Positions 8,701-18,311 of a stretch of DNA of 64,000 bases are shown here, in pieces. Numbering within the stretch: position 1 is the first letter of the stretch; each line of letters begins with the position of its first letter. Location of the stretch: positions 38,063 to 102,062 of the forward strand of contig JAFSNI010000013.1 in NCBI GenBank assembly GCA_017447485.1. The letters run 5' to 3'. The DNA is from Candidatus Saccharimonadota bacterium. Lineage in GTDB: Bacteria > Patescibacteriota > Saccharimonadia > Saccharimonadales > Saccharimonadaceae. The position numbers were made by a program, and so were the translations under genes. The notes under the pieces were generated by a model. The model was not told the origin of the DNA, did no database searches, and saw only the letters and a list, made by a program, of their open reading frames with translations.

Positions 8701-11378
8701 TTTCGCTTGCGACTTGATTTCTTACTCTTCTTTTTGGACTTTTTAGCGTTTTTTCGCGTTTTTGATACCCGTTTTACCGGCTCTTTTTTCTTAAACTCAT
8801 CGTCGAGGTTCTTTTGCCCTTTCGAAATCTCATTCACGCCTTTTTCCGTCTGCGCTTCTGCCATCTTGGTCAGCTCCGACTCATATTCTTCGCCGTCCGT
8901 CACATTCTCTTCATGCGCTTCCATTGGCGTAATCGTGAGCAAAATCCTCAGCACTTCTTCACGCAAATTCCTCTGTAACCCATCAAACAATTTTTGCGAC
9001 TCTGCGCGATACTCCACTAGCGGGTCTCTTTGCCCCACCGAGCGCCAATGGATCCCCTCACGCAGATGTTGCATATTTTCAAGATGCTGCATCCACAAAG
9101 TATCGAGAACTTTCAGATAAACTTCGCGCTCCATTTTTCGCATCGTCTCCGCGCCAAATTTCTCTTCTTGTGCCGCATAAGCTTCTTCCACTGCCTCAAG
9201 CGCCAATTTCGCCCGTTCTTTTTCTTTCCGCTTAATGCCAATCTCGTGTACCAAATCTTCGTCGAAATTAAACACCGATTTAAACTCCGTCTCAAAGTTC
9301 TTGTTTACACGCGATGAAAACTCCGTCAGGCTCTTCACCTCATCTCGCATCAACCGCTTAATTTCCGGGAAAATATCATCACCCATCAAAATCTTCCGCC
9401 GAATCATATATACTACTTTACGATGCCGGTTAATCACGTTATCATATTGCACCACGTTCTTGCGCGAGTCAAAGTTAAACCCTTCAATTCGTTTCTGCGC
9501 CGATTCCAAAGTCTTTGAAATTGATTTTGTTTGAATTGGCATATCATCTGGCAGGCCGAGTCGCGTCATCAACATCTTCACGCGGTCGCCCTGGAAAATC
9601 CGCATCAAATCGTCTTCGCAGGATACAAAGAATTGCGTCGTCCCCGGATCGCCTTGACGTCCACCACGTCCGCGCAGCTGATTATCTACCCGTCTTGAAT
9701 CATGTCGCTCCGAGCCAATCACTACTAGCCCGCCTAGTTCCTTCACGCCTTCGCCGAGCTTAATATCCGTCCCGCGCCCCGCCATGTTCGTCGCAAGCGT
9801 AATCGCACCTTTTTCACCAGCTTTTGCAATAATCGCCGCCTCGCGCTCGTTGTTCTTTGCGTTCAAAATCTCATACGGCAACCCAAACTGGTCCAAATAC
9901 CTTGCGATTTCCTCGTTATTCGCAATCGAACCCGAACCTACCAACACCGGCTGACCTTTCTCGTGATATTTCTTCACCTCGTCCGCAATCGCCTTCAGCT
10001 TCCCCGCCTTCGTCTTATAAATCAAATCATCTTTATCGACACGCTGAATCGGCTTATTCGGCGGAATCTGAATCACATCCAGCGCATAAATCTGCTGGAA
10101 CTCCTCCGCCTCTGTAAACGCCGTCCCCGTCATCCCCGACAACTTATGATAAAGTCTAAAGAAATTCTGAAACGAAATCGTCGCGAGCGTCATCGATTCT
10201 TGTTTCACCGCCACACCTTCCTTCGCCTCAATCGCCTGATGTAGCCCCTCGTTATAACGCCGCCCCTGCATCAACCGCCCCGTATGCTCATCAACGATAA
10301 TCACTTCGCCCGAGTTCGTCACCACATAATCTTTATCACGCTTAAACAAAACTTCCGCCCGGAGCGCCTGCTCCATATGATAGACCAGTGGCGTATTCTT
10401 CACCGAATATAAATTATCAACCCCCAAAATCTTTTGCACTTTTTCAATCCCCGCATCCGTCAAAGTCACTGAACGCCGCTTCTCGTCTAAAACATAATCT
10501 TCCGGCACGAGTTTCGCCGCCACCCGTGCAAAATGATAATACTGCTCCGGGTTATCACCCGCCGGTGCCGAAATAATCAGCGGCGTCCGCGCCTCATCAA
10601 TCAAAATCGAGTCCACCTCATCTACAATCGCAAAGTTCAACTCTCTTTGCCGCAAATACTGCACCTCGCTCGTCATATTATCGCGCAAATAATCGAACCC
10701 AAACTCATTGTTCGTCCCGTAAGTCACATCCGCATTATAAGCTTCTTTCCGCGTCGCCGGGCGCAAATGCCGGAACCGCTCATCCGCATGGTCTTCGTTT
10801 TCATACTCTTTGTCATATACAAACGACGCCTCGTTAATAATTACACCGACCGAAAGACCCAAGAAATCATACACCGGACCATTCCACCCCGCATCGCGCT
10901 GTGCCAAATAATCGTTTACCGTGACCACGTGCACGCCTTTTCCCGTCAAAGCGTTAAGATAAGCCGGAAGAAGCGCGACCAAAGTCTTTCCTTCACCCGT
11001 TTTCATCTCCGCCACCGCACCTGAATGCAAAACCATCCCGCCAATCAGCTGCACATCATATGGCCGCATCCCGAGCACCCGTTTCGACGCTTCCCGCACC
11101 ACCGCAAACGCCTCTGGCAAAATCGCGTCCAGCGCCTTCTCGCTACCTTCTGCCGCCTTTTTCTTCAAAATCTCCGTCTGCGCAGCCAACTCTTCATCAC
11201 TCATCTTTTCATATTTCGGTTCTAGCTTCCCAATCTCTTGCGCTTTTCGCCACATCCGCTTCAAAATCTTCTTCTGCGCATCACCAAACACGCCCTGCAA
11301 AAACTTCGTCAAAGCTGTCTTATCCGCCAATTTATCGGTCGGCTTCTTCTCGCGAGCCGCCTTCACCTTTTTCACCAT
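8697..11378 (-). CDS. secA: Preprotein translocase ATPase SecA
   Basis: MKTGEGKT, IVDEVDSILIDEARTPLIIS, ATNMAGRGTDI, QLRGRGGRQGDPG. Confidence 0.98.
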   Translation of the reverse strand: MVKKVKAAREKKPTDKLADKTALTKFLQGVFGDAQKKILKRMWRKAQEIGKLEPKYEKMSDEELAAQTEILKKKAAEGSEKALDAILPEAFAVVREASKRVLGMRPYDVQLIGGMVLHSGAVAEMKTGEGKTLVALLPAYLNALTGKGVHVVTVNDYLAQRDAGWNGPVYDFLGLSVGVIINEASFVYDKEYENEDHADERFRHLRPATRKEAYNADVTYGTNNEFGFDYLRDNMTSEVQYLRQRELNFAIVDEVDSILIDEARTPLIISAPAGDNPEQYYHFARVAAKLVPEDYVLDEKRRSVTLTDAGIEKVQKILGVDNLYSVKNTPLVYHMEQALRAEVLFKRDKDYVVTNSGEVIIVDEHTGRLMQGRRYNEGLHQAIEAKEGVAVKQESMTLATISFQNFFRLYHKLSGMTGTAFTEAEEFQQIYALDVIQIPPNKPIQRVDKDDLIYKTKAGKLKAIADEVKKYHEKGQPVLVGSGSIANNEEIARYLDQFGLPYEILNAKNNEREAAIIAKAGEKGAITLATNMAGRGTDIKLGEGVKELGGLVVIGSERHDSRRVDNQLRGRGGRQGDPGTTQFFVSCEDDLMRIFQGDRVKMLMTRLGLPDDMPIQTKSISKTLESAQKRIEGFNFDSRKNVVQYDNVINRHRKVVYMIRRKILMGDDIFPEIKRLMRDEVKSLTEFSSRVNKNFETEFKSVFNFDEDLVHEIGIKRKEKERAKLALEAVEEAYAAQEEKFGAETMRKMEREVYLKVLDTLWMQHLENMQHLREGIHWRSVGQRDPLVEYRAESQKLFDGLQRNLREEVLRILLTITPMEAHEENVTDGEEYESELTKMAEAQTEKGVNEISKGQKNLDDEFKKKEPVKRVSKTRKNAKKSKKKSKKSSRKRK

Positions 11379-11413
11379 AAATAAACTCCAATAACTACTA
11401 CTATTCTACCACA

Positions 11414-11776
11414 CTATTTTCTCTTAATAAAGAGACTTTTCAGACTTCTTTTCTGACGATGTGGCTGCACTTCCAGCTTATAACGCCGAATTTGCCCAGT
11501 GAGTTTCGCTTCCACGAGATCCACTCCCGCAAACACATTTGAACATTCATCTTTCGCCGCAATCACTTTCCCACCTGGAATCTCCATCGCCACCGAAATC
11601 TCATATTTATCCGAGCTATTTTTCCCAATTTCCGCCACCACCACATTCACTACTACATCTTTCTTAAACCCCTTCGGCAAATAGCGGTCGAGTTTCCCCA
11701 TCCGCTTCAAAGTATATTTTCGCAGGCCATCTTCAACTTTATAATTATTCCCGCTAATTTCAATTTTTTCTATCAT
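11414..11776 (-). CDS. hpf: Ribosome hibernation promoting factor (short HPF/RaiA)
   Basis: IEISGNNYKV...KLDRY...VFAGVDLVEAKLTGQIRRYK pattern; start taken at MIEK after GGAGG. Confidence 0.85.
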   Translation of the reverse strand: MIEKIEISGNNYKVEDGLRKYTLKRMGKLDRYLPKGFKKDVVVNVVVAEIGKNSSDKYEISVAMEIPGGKVIAAKDECSNVFAGVDLVEAKLTGQIRRYKLEVQPHRQKRSLKSLFIKRK

Positions 11777-11786
11777 ATTCCTCCTT

Positions 11787-13031
11787 TTATAATTCTTCCT
11801 TGCCACCAAGGTATGGTCGGAGAACCTCCGGCACTTTTAATTTACCATCTGGCGTCGCAAAGTTCTCAATCATCACGACTAAAGCCCTTGCTAGAGGTAT
11901 CGCCGTACCGTTCAAAGTATGCACAAATTCTACCGTGCCATCTTTTCTACGCACCCGCACATTACAAGCCCGCGCCTGAAAATCCGTGCAGTTTGAACAC
12001 GAAGTAATCTCTTGATATTTCTGGTTCACTGGCGACCAATATTCCATATCATATTTCTTCGCTGCCGGCGCCCCAAGGTCACCCGCCGCGATATTAATCA
12101 CATGATACGGCACCCCCAGTCCCTGCCAAATCTCTTCCTCAATCGCCAAAATCTTCTCATGAATTTCTTTACTTTGTTCTGGCAGACAAAACGCATACAT
12201 CTCTAACTTATTAAACTGATGTACCCGGAACAGCCCACGCGTATATTTCCCATACGCCCCGGCCTCTTTTCTAAAACACGCCGAATACCCCGCATAAAAC
12301 AGCGGCAGCTTATCTTCGTCAATAATTTCATCCATATGGTAACCAGTAAGCGGCATCTCCGCCGTCGCAATCAGCGCCAAATCCTCGCCCTCGACATAAT
12401 ACTCATCCGACTGTTCCGAGCTTCGCGGATTAAACCCACAGCCCTCAAGCACCTTCGACGACACCACATCTGGCACCGTCATAAACGTAAACCCGTGCTC
12501 CAAAACTTTCGACAAACCATATTGTAAAAGCGCATTCTCAAGTAGCGCCAGCCCGTCCTTCAGATAATAAAACTTCGCCCCGGCCACCTTCGCGCCGCGC
12601 TCAAAATCCACCCAATCACGACTCGTCGCGTAATCCAAATGGTCCACCCCGGTCTCGTGATTTTCGCCCCATTTTTTCACTTCCACCGAACATTCCTCAC
12701 CCCCCAGCGGTACATCGTCAAAAATCACGTTCGGCACGGCCTTCAATTTTGCGTTCAGCTCCCCCTCCACTTCTGACAGCTCTGCTTCGACCTTTGCCAA
12801 TTCTTCCTTAATTTTCTTTCCCTCAGCAATTAGTTCCGGCGCCGGCTTTCCACCCTTCATCTGCCCCGCAATCTCATTCCTGCGCGCCCGCATCCCTTCC
12901 GCTTCCGCTAGAACCGCCTTGCGTTTATCGTCAAGCTCCAGCACCTCTTTTACGTTAATTCTATAGCCTTTTTCTTTTGTGGACTTTTCCACAAGCTCAA
13001 GATTTTCTCGAATAAACTTCACATCTAACAT
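11787..13031 (-). CDS. serS: Serine--tRNA ligase
   Basis: MLDVKFIREN, LIATAE, FRKEAG, GLFRVHQF, SCSNCTDFQAR, HTLNGT. Confidence 0.97.
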   Translation of the reverse strand: MLDVKFIRENLELVEKSTKEKGYRINVKEVLELDDKRKAVLAEAEGMRARRNEIAGQMKGGKPAPELIAEGKKIKEELAKVEAELSEVEGELNAKLKAVPNVIFDDVPLGGEECSVEVKKWGENHETGVDHLDYATSRDWVDFERGAKVAGAKFYYLKDGLALLENALLQYGLSKVLEHGFTFMTVPDVVSSKVLEGCGFNPRSSEQSDEYYVEGEDLALIATAEMPLTGYHMDEIIDEDKLPLFYAGYSACFRKEAGAYGKYTRGLFRVHQFNKLEMYAFCLPEQSKEIHEKILAIEEEIWQGLGVPYHVINIAAGDLGAPAAKKYDMEYWSPVNQKYQEITSCSNCTDFQARACNVRVRRKDGTVEFVHTLNGTAIPLARALVVMIENFATPDGKLKVPEVLRPYLGGKEEL

Positions 13032-13038
13032 ATATTTA

Positions 13039-13776
13039 TTATACCATCTTTTGATAAATTTTATACCAATCTTCTAGTTTCAACTCCCCCGGGCGCGCAT
13101 CTATATTAACATTACACTGTAAAAAGATATCTTCGAGCATCATCGTTGGCAATAAGCTCGTCAAGTTATTAATCAATTTCTTGCGCGGCGCCACAAATCC
13201 CTTACCAATCAATTTAAACACTTCCTCCGGAACCAAAGGTTCGTGTGGATGTAAAATCAAAACTCTTGAATCCACTTTCGGCGGCGGCGTAAACTCTTCT
13301 CGCGGCACTATCAGCCCAAGACTTACATCCGCTCGGTTCTTGCACTTCAAAGATAACATTGATTCACGCCCCTCATCCGCAATCCGCTCTGCCACCTCTC
13401 TCTGCATCAAAATCACCGCCCGTTCTGGTCGGTTCTCACTATATATAATATGTTCGATAATCGGACTTGTAATATAATACGGAATATTTCCCGCTACCAC
13501 ATAAGGTTGTTTCATTTGCGACAAATCAAATTTCAAAAAGTCTTCATGTATCACTTCCAGATTTTTCCCTGGAAACGACCCTGGCAACTTCCGCGCCAAA
13601 TCCTCGTCAAATTCCACCGCCACCACCTTATCAAACTGTTTCAAAAGCGACGACGTCAACGTCCCCAGCCCCGGCCCAATCTCGACGCAAAGCTCTCCCC
13701 CACCTGCTGCCTCTGCGATTTCGTCGAGAATAGCCCGATTATATAACCAATGTTGTCCTAAAGCCTTATTTACCAT
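13039..13776 (-). CDS. rsmA: 16S rRNA adenine dimethyltransferase
   Basis: KALGQHWL, EIGPGLGTLT, GNIPYYIT, FTPPPKVDS; start taken at MVNK. Confidence 0.95.
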   Translation of the reverse strand: MVNKALGQHWLYNRAILDEIAEAAGGGELCVEIGPGLGTLTSSLLKQFDKVVAVEFDEDLARKLPGSFPGKNLEVIHEDFLKFDLSQMKQPYVVAGNIPYYITSPIIEHIIYSENRPERAVILMQREVAERIADEGRESMLSLKCKNRADVSLGLIVPREEFTPPPKVDSRVLILHPHEPLVPEEVFKLIGKGFVAPRKKLINNLTSLLPTMMLEDIFLQCNVNIDARPGELKLEDWYKIYQKMV

Positions 13777-14635
13777 TGTGATTTGTCCAATCTGTCGCAA
13801 GATCAAATTGCTCCGGATTCGTCAGCGCAAACGAACCGGTATCATAAACTTTTCCTAATCCCAGCGACGTCTCAACCACCGTACACCTCGGATAGCGCGC
13901 AAGATCCGCCGCCACCAAAACATATCCTTCCGCATCCACCTTTACGCCATCTTCGCGCACCGTATAATATGCCGCCACTCCGCATTCTCTCGCCGCAATC
14001 GCCATCACGCCCCCCATCGGCAAATCATAATACGTCTCTTTTCTCTCCACCGTGCGCCCATTCACCGTCACCATATATTGATTTACTCCTCGCCTTGCCG
14101 TTAGCGGCGACACTCCAAGCTTACTTGAAAGATCCAGCTCCACTTCCTCTGGCTCAACATGATTCCGTGTCACTTCATACACATATGCTGGCCCCGTCTC
14201 CAGAAAATCATAGCTCTCCGCCCTCGCCACTTCATCTTCCTCATAAATATCTCTCCCCGCCTTAATCGCAATCTCCCGCGCATCCAGCTCCGTCGTCATC
14301 AAATACTGTTCAAAAATCCCATCTTTTACCACCACCGGCCGCGCTCGCCAAATACTAATCACAAAATCATCCCATTCAATTTCTGCTTCTAGCCCTGGAT
14401 TCACCACATCGGCTTCCGTTAATATGATTCCCGCTCGTTTCAAAACCTCACCCACCGTTTTAGCATTTGTCCGCACCGTCACCGCCCCTCCGTCATCTTC
14501 AAGCACCACATAATGCTCTTCGCTCGGCTCCGCGTCACCACTAGCGCGCGCAAACGTGTTAAAAACACCCGTCAGCGCCAACCCAAAAATCATCAATATC
14601 ATTAAAACCTTACTACTCTTAAAGCCAAGCTTCAT
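13766..14635 (-). CDS. YabE-like exported cell-wall protein (DUF348 ubiquitin-like repeats plus 3D-like C-terminus)
   Basis: Signal/TM, TxAKTVGEVLKRAGIxL..xDVVNP repeat, C-terminal VETSLGLGKVYDTG; located upstream of rsmA, as yabE/rpfB usually are. Confidence 0.7.
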   Translation of the reverse strand: MKLGFKSSKVLMILMIFGLALTGVFNTFARASGDAEPSEEHYVVLEDDGGAVTVRTNAKTVGEVLKRAGIILTEADVVNPGLEAEIEWDDFVISIWRARPVVVKDGIFEQYLMTTELDAREIAIKAGRDIYEEDEVARAESYDFLETGPAYVYEVTRNHVEPEEVELDLSSKLGVSPLTARRGVNQYMVTVNGRTVERKETYYDLPMGGVMAIAARECGVAAYYTVREDGVKVDAEGYVLVAADLARYPRCTVVETSLGLGKVYDTGSFALTNPEQFDLATDWTNHNGK

Positions 14636-14654
14636 ATAACCATTATATCACAAA

Positions 14655-14755
14655 ATAAAACCCGTCTGCGAGGACAGGGTTTTAAATCTAATTTCTAGGT
14701 GGATACCCACCTCCTAGTTCCGGCCCCTCTCAACGTCCGATTGGCCTGAACCTAA
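14655..14755 (-). ncRNA. Candidate small structured RNA
   Basis: TTGACA (14782-14787) and TGC-TAAAAT (14760-14768) on the - strand, two hairpins, then a terminator-like stem with a U run near 14655-14685; the next gene has its own promoter. Confidence 0.45.
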
Positions 14756-14851
14756 TTCTATTTTAGCATAGGCAGAATCCGTGTCAATATTGATTTTTAA
14801 GATTTTTCATATTCTAATTATAGTTTTTATGTTCGGTTTATGTTTTTATAT

Positions 14852-15544
14852 TTATTTCTTCTCTAGTCCCGCGTTAAAATACATCAACACATAATCCCAA
14901 CCCCACGACAAATCAAAACCAGACGATACGTATTTATTAAACTTAAAATATGGCATCCCGTTAACTAGTTTTGAACTTTTTTCCGCCACCTTTTCAATTT
15001 CCGCCTGTGTTTCGTCATTTTTTACGCAAGTTTCAAAATCTGGCGACAGCCCAACTTCTTCTCCCATTTGAATCCAATAATCTTTTCCAAGCTGATTAAA
15101 TCTCGAAAACGCCGCCTTGCCATCAGTCTTAAAATATTCGTTCCACACTTTTGTAATTGCTAAATTATAATAATCCCAGAATCTCCCTTCCTTTTTCGCA
15201 CAATACACCGCTTCCGCCCCATACAGCGACTCGATCGACTGTGACTGCCCATATTCATACAAAAAATCAGACAACCGAATCTCCACCAAAATATCATTCG
15301 CCTCAATATATTTTTTAAACTCCTCTTCATGCTCAATAATCGCATTCTCAAACGCCACGCAATAAGGACAAGCCAAGTCCGAATAAATAATGAAATAATT
15401 TTCCGCATCCATATTCCCCACCGTCATATCTTTATCCCAAACCTTCTCTGCATTGGGAGTTTTTTGGTTCATGCTTGCCGCAATCGCAGCTACTAACACC
15501 CCAACTACCGCCACTACGCCGAAAATTCTAAGCGCTTTTTTCAC
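14852..15544 (-). CDS. DsbA/thioredoxin-fold exported oxidoreductase
   Basis: N-terminal TM, YSDLACPYC, GMPYF cis-Pro loop. Confidence 0.82.
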   Translation of the reverse strand: MKKALRIFGVVAVVGVLVAAIAASMNQKTPNAEKVWDKDMTVGNMDAENYFIIYSDLACPYCVAFENAIIEHEEEFKKYIEANDILVEIRLSDFLYEYGQSQSIESLYGAEAVYCAKKEGRFWDYYNLAITKVWNEYFKTDGKAAFSRFNQLGKDYWIQMGEEVGLSPDFETCVKNDETQAEIEKVAEKSSKLVNGMPYFKFNKYVSSGFDLSWGWDYVLMYFNAGLEKK

Positions 15545-15564
15545 ACTCCTCCTTTTAACTACGC

Positions 15565-16191
15565 TTACGCGTGTTTTTTCATATATTTTTCATTTATTAT
15601 TATAGCATAAGTTTCAAAGCCAATCCGCTTCAAAGACAAAATTGCAATTAAAATTGCAAGTGCCGTCACCACGCCCGAAATCACCCCCGTCGCCGCTAAG
15701 CTTCCGGTCGAAAAAATCGTCCCGAGCAGCGGCGTAATCAAAGTCGTTCCACAAGTTGGACAGCCCGCCCCCAGCGCAATTAGCCCCGTAATGATTCCCG
15801 CCTTTTCCACGTTCGCCGAATTACCCTCCTTATTCTGCTTTTTATTCCAAATTAGCGCGATTAGCCCAATCAGCAACCCTTGCAAAAACGCGATAAAAAA
15901 TACAAATAGCCAATCCGTAAAAATCATATTCACCCCAAACACTCCTATTAGCGCGTCGCCAATGATTTTTAAACTTTCTGGAAACCCGAGCGCCCCCATC
16001 AACTCAAATTTTGAAAATCCCCCCGCCAGCAAATTCATCAACGTCCCAAAAAACAAAAAGGCAACCAAAAACACTACTAAAAATCGTTTCTCTCGCGTCG
16101 CCAGCAAAATCCCTCGCCCCGCCAACGCAAATTCATCCAACCATTTCCGCCAATTAAATTTCTTAAAAAACCTTGACTTCAAAGTCCCCAC
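15565..16191 (-). CDS. Membrane protein with CxxC (GCPTCG), likely redox partner of the DsbA-like protein
   Basis: 4-5 hydrophobic segments, GAGCPTCG, co-oriented with the DsbA-like gene. Confidence 0.6.
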   Translation of the reverse strand: MGTLKSRFFKKFNWRKWLDEFALAGRGILLATREKRFLVVFLVAFLFFGTLMNLLAGGFSKFELMGALGFPESLKIIGDALIGVFGVNMIFTDWLFVFFIAFLQGLLIGLIALIWNKKQNKEGNSANVEKAGIITGLIALGAGCPTCGTTLITPLLGTIFSTGSLAATGVISGVVTALAILIAILSLKRIGFETYAIIINEKYMKKHA

Positions 16192-17431
16192 TCTCTACCT
16201 CCGACTCGCCCAGCACGATGCCTTTTTTCGCCACCGCAGCCGCATACTTCAGCTTATCTCCCAACTTCCTACTCGAACTTACGATCGTCACTACCTCGCC
16301 CTTCTCTCGTAAATCTTTCGCTACTTTCATCGCAAACAGCAGCTCATTATCCGTAATTGGCACCACCGCCGTATCAATTGGCTTCTCTTCTTGACTTTTT
16401 ACTAAATTATTTTCTTTAAGAACATAAAACAGCCTCGTTAGTCCAATCGAACCCCCGACCCCAGGGAGCTTCTGCTCCGTAAAATATCCCGCCAAGTTTT
16501 CATAGCGCCCGCCCCCACAAACTGAGCCCACTTGTTTGTATTCTGGCAAATTAAATTCAAACACTGTTCCCGTGTAATAATCCAAACCTCGCACAATCTT
16601 CATATCCGCCATAATCGCCGACCCCTTGCCATCCGCTTCGAGCGTCTTCATCACAAAGTCAAGTTCAGAAACGCCCGCCTTAAACATCTCGTTCTGGACT
16701 CCCATCTTCTCTAACGCCGCCGTTACTTCCGCTCTTGAACCATGGATTTCAATAAACTCCAGCATCGCATCCACGCGCTCCGAGCCTAAACCAACCTCCA
16801 AAAACGCTTCTCTAGTTTTTTCTACTGGCACTTTCTCCGCATGGTCAATAATGCCAAAAATCTCATCCGCATTTGTCTCAAGGTTAAATTCGGCGAGCAG
16901 CCCTGACAAGATTTTTCGGTTATTCATCCGCGCCACTACCGGCGTCCCCAGTCCAAAATTGTCAAAAGCCTCAAGCAACGTCGCAATCACATCCGCATCA
17001 TAATAAAGTGGCAACTCTCCTCGCCCAATCACGTCCACATCGCATTGGTAAAATTCGCGAAACCGCCCTCTTTGCGCCCGCTCTCCTCGGAAGTTCCGCC
17101 CAATCTGCGAGACCTTAAACGGAAATTTCAAATCATTTTCGTGTTCAACCACATAGCGCGCCAGCGGCACCGTGTGATCAAACCTGAGCGCCTGATCTGC
17201 ATCATCGAGAGTCTCCGCCGTCTTCACGACTTTATAAATCTGCTTCTCTGTATCACCGCCTGCCTTCGCTAGTAGCACTTCGCACCGGTCAATCATCGGC
17301 GTCTCAATATTCAAAAACCCATGCGCCATGTAAGTTGTGCTAATCCTATTTTTTAAATCATTAAAAGTAGCTTGCGTCTCCGGCAAAAGCTCCTGCATGC
17401 CAGAAATTGGAGAAGTATTTATCTTTTTCAT
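16163..17431 (-). CDS. hisS: Histidine--tRNA ligase
   Basis: LRFDHTVPLARY, FRGERAQRGRFREFYQCDVD, VRGLDYYTG, GGGRYENL. Confidence 0.97.
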   Translation of the reverse strand: MKKINTSPISGMQELLPETQATFNDLKNRISTTYMAHGFLNIETPMIDRCEVLLAKAGGDTEKQIYKVVKTAETLDDADQALRFDHTVPLARYVVEHENDLKFPFKVSQIGRNFRGERAQRGRFREFYQCDVDVIGRGELPLYYDADVIATLLEAFDNFGLGTPVVARMNNRKILSGLLAEFNLETNADEIFGIIDHAEKVPVEKTREAFLEVGLGSERVDAMLEFIEIHGSRAEVTAALEKMGVQNEMFKAGVSELDFVMKTLEADGKGSAIMADMKIVRGLDYYTGTVFEFNLPEYKQVGSVCGGGRYENLAGYFTEQKLPGVGGSIGLTRLFYVLKENNLVKSQEEKPIDTAVVPITDNELLFAMKVAKDLREKGEVVTIVSSSRKLGDKLKYAAAVAKKGIVLGESEVESGDFEVKVF

Positions 17432-17490
17432 ATCTTTTATTATACCACATCATACACAAAAATAGCACCATATTAGGTGCATTTTGTCAA

Positions 17491-17567
17491 TGGTGAGTCG
17501 GGAGGGGCTCGAACCCTCGACACCGGGCTTAAAAGGCCCGTGCTCTAACCAGCTGAGCTACCGACCC
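17491..17567 (-). tRNA. tRNA-Lys(UUU)
   Basis: GGGTCGGTAGCTCAG...CGGGC-CT-TTT-AA-GCCCG...GGTTCGAGCCC...CACCA cloverleaf. Confidence 0.95.
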
Positions 17568-17577
17568 AAATTGTTAA

Positions 17578-17654
17578 TGGTGGACGCTAGAGGAGTCGAA
17601 CCTCTGACCTTGTCTACGTCAAAGACACGCTCTAGCCAACTGAGCTAAGCGTCC
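17578..17654 (-). tRNA. tRNA-Val(GAC)
   Basis: GGACGCTTAGCTCAG...TGTCT-TT-GAC-GT-AGACA...GGTTCGACTCC...CACCA. Confidence 0.95.
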
Positions 17655-17730
17655 TGGTGGCTCCGACTGGACTTGAACCAGTGACACAAGGCTCTTCAGG
17701 CCTCTGCTCTACCAGCTGAGCTACAGAGCC
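17655..17730 (-). tRNA. tRNA-Phe(GAA)
   Basis: GGCTCTGTAGCTCAG...GAGGC-CT-GAA-GA-GCCTT...GGTTCAAGTCC...CACCA. Confidence 0.95.
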
Positions 17731-17780
17731 AACCTTCCCCTATTATATCACATTTTTTAAAATATACCATAATATATCTC

Positions 17781-17809
17781 AAAAAATCCCCTCTTCCAAG
17801 GGGATTTTT
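17781..17809. terminator. Rho-independent terminator
   Basis: aaaaaatcccct-cttcca-aggggattttt. Confidence 0.75.
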
Positions 17810-17822
17810 ACTTATTACCAGA

Positions 17823-18230
17823 TTATTTCTTCTTAGTATTTTCCGCAATATCGCGAGTGTTGCGCCAAATCATAATCATCATCATCACCGCTTCATAAAC
17901 GAGACGGATGAAGATTGGCCCAAGAATCAATGTCAAGATAAATGACACAAAACTAAACGAAATCAACGCAAACGAAATCAACACGCAGAAAATCGTCGCA
18001 ATGTAGTAAAGAACCTTCATAATTGGCTCAATCCACATAATCTTAAAGGCCAAGAAATCCTTCAGCCACTTCAAAAACTTGTTCTTTTGTTCCTGTTTTG
18101 CGTTGACAAAGAGGAAATACGTCAAAATCCCGCCGATGATTGCAAGGATAATTGCAATAATTCCCCATACACCAAAGTCAATTCCCGCGCCGAGCGAGCT
18201 AGTAGTTGGTGTAGTATAGTAAGTATACAT
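17823..18230 (-). CDS. Small membrane protein (DUF4282-like)
   Basis: Three TM segments, FLAF..MWIEPIMKVLYY...RLVYE pattern, AAGGAG SD. Confidence 0.65.
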   Translation of the reverse strand: MYTYYTTPTTSSLGAGIDFGVWGIIAIILAIIGGILTYFLFVNAKQEQKNKFLKWLKDFLAFKIMWIEPIMKVLYYIATIFCVLISFALISFSFVSFILTLILGPIFIRLVYEAVMMMIMIWRNTRDIAENTKKK

Positions 18231-18311
18231 TTACTTAACTCCTTATATTACTATACCTTAATCATAGCATAAAAAATTTCATTTTGTAAAGATTTTTTAT
18301 ATAATAATCAT

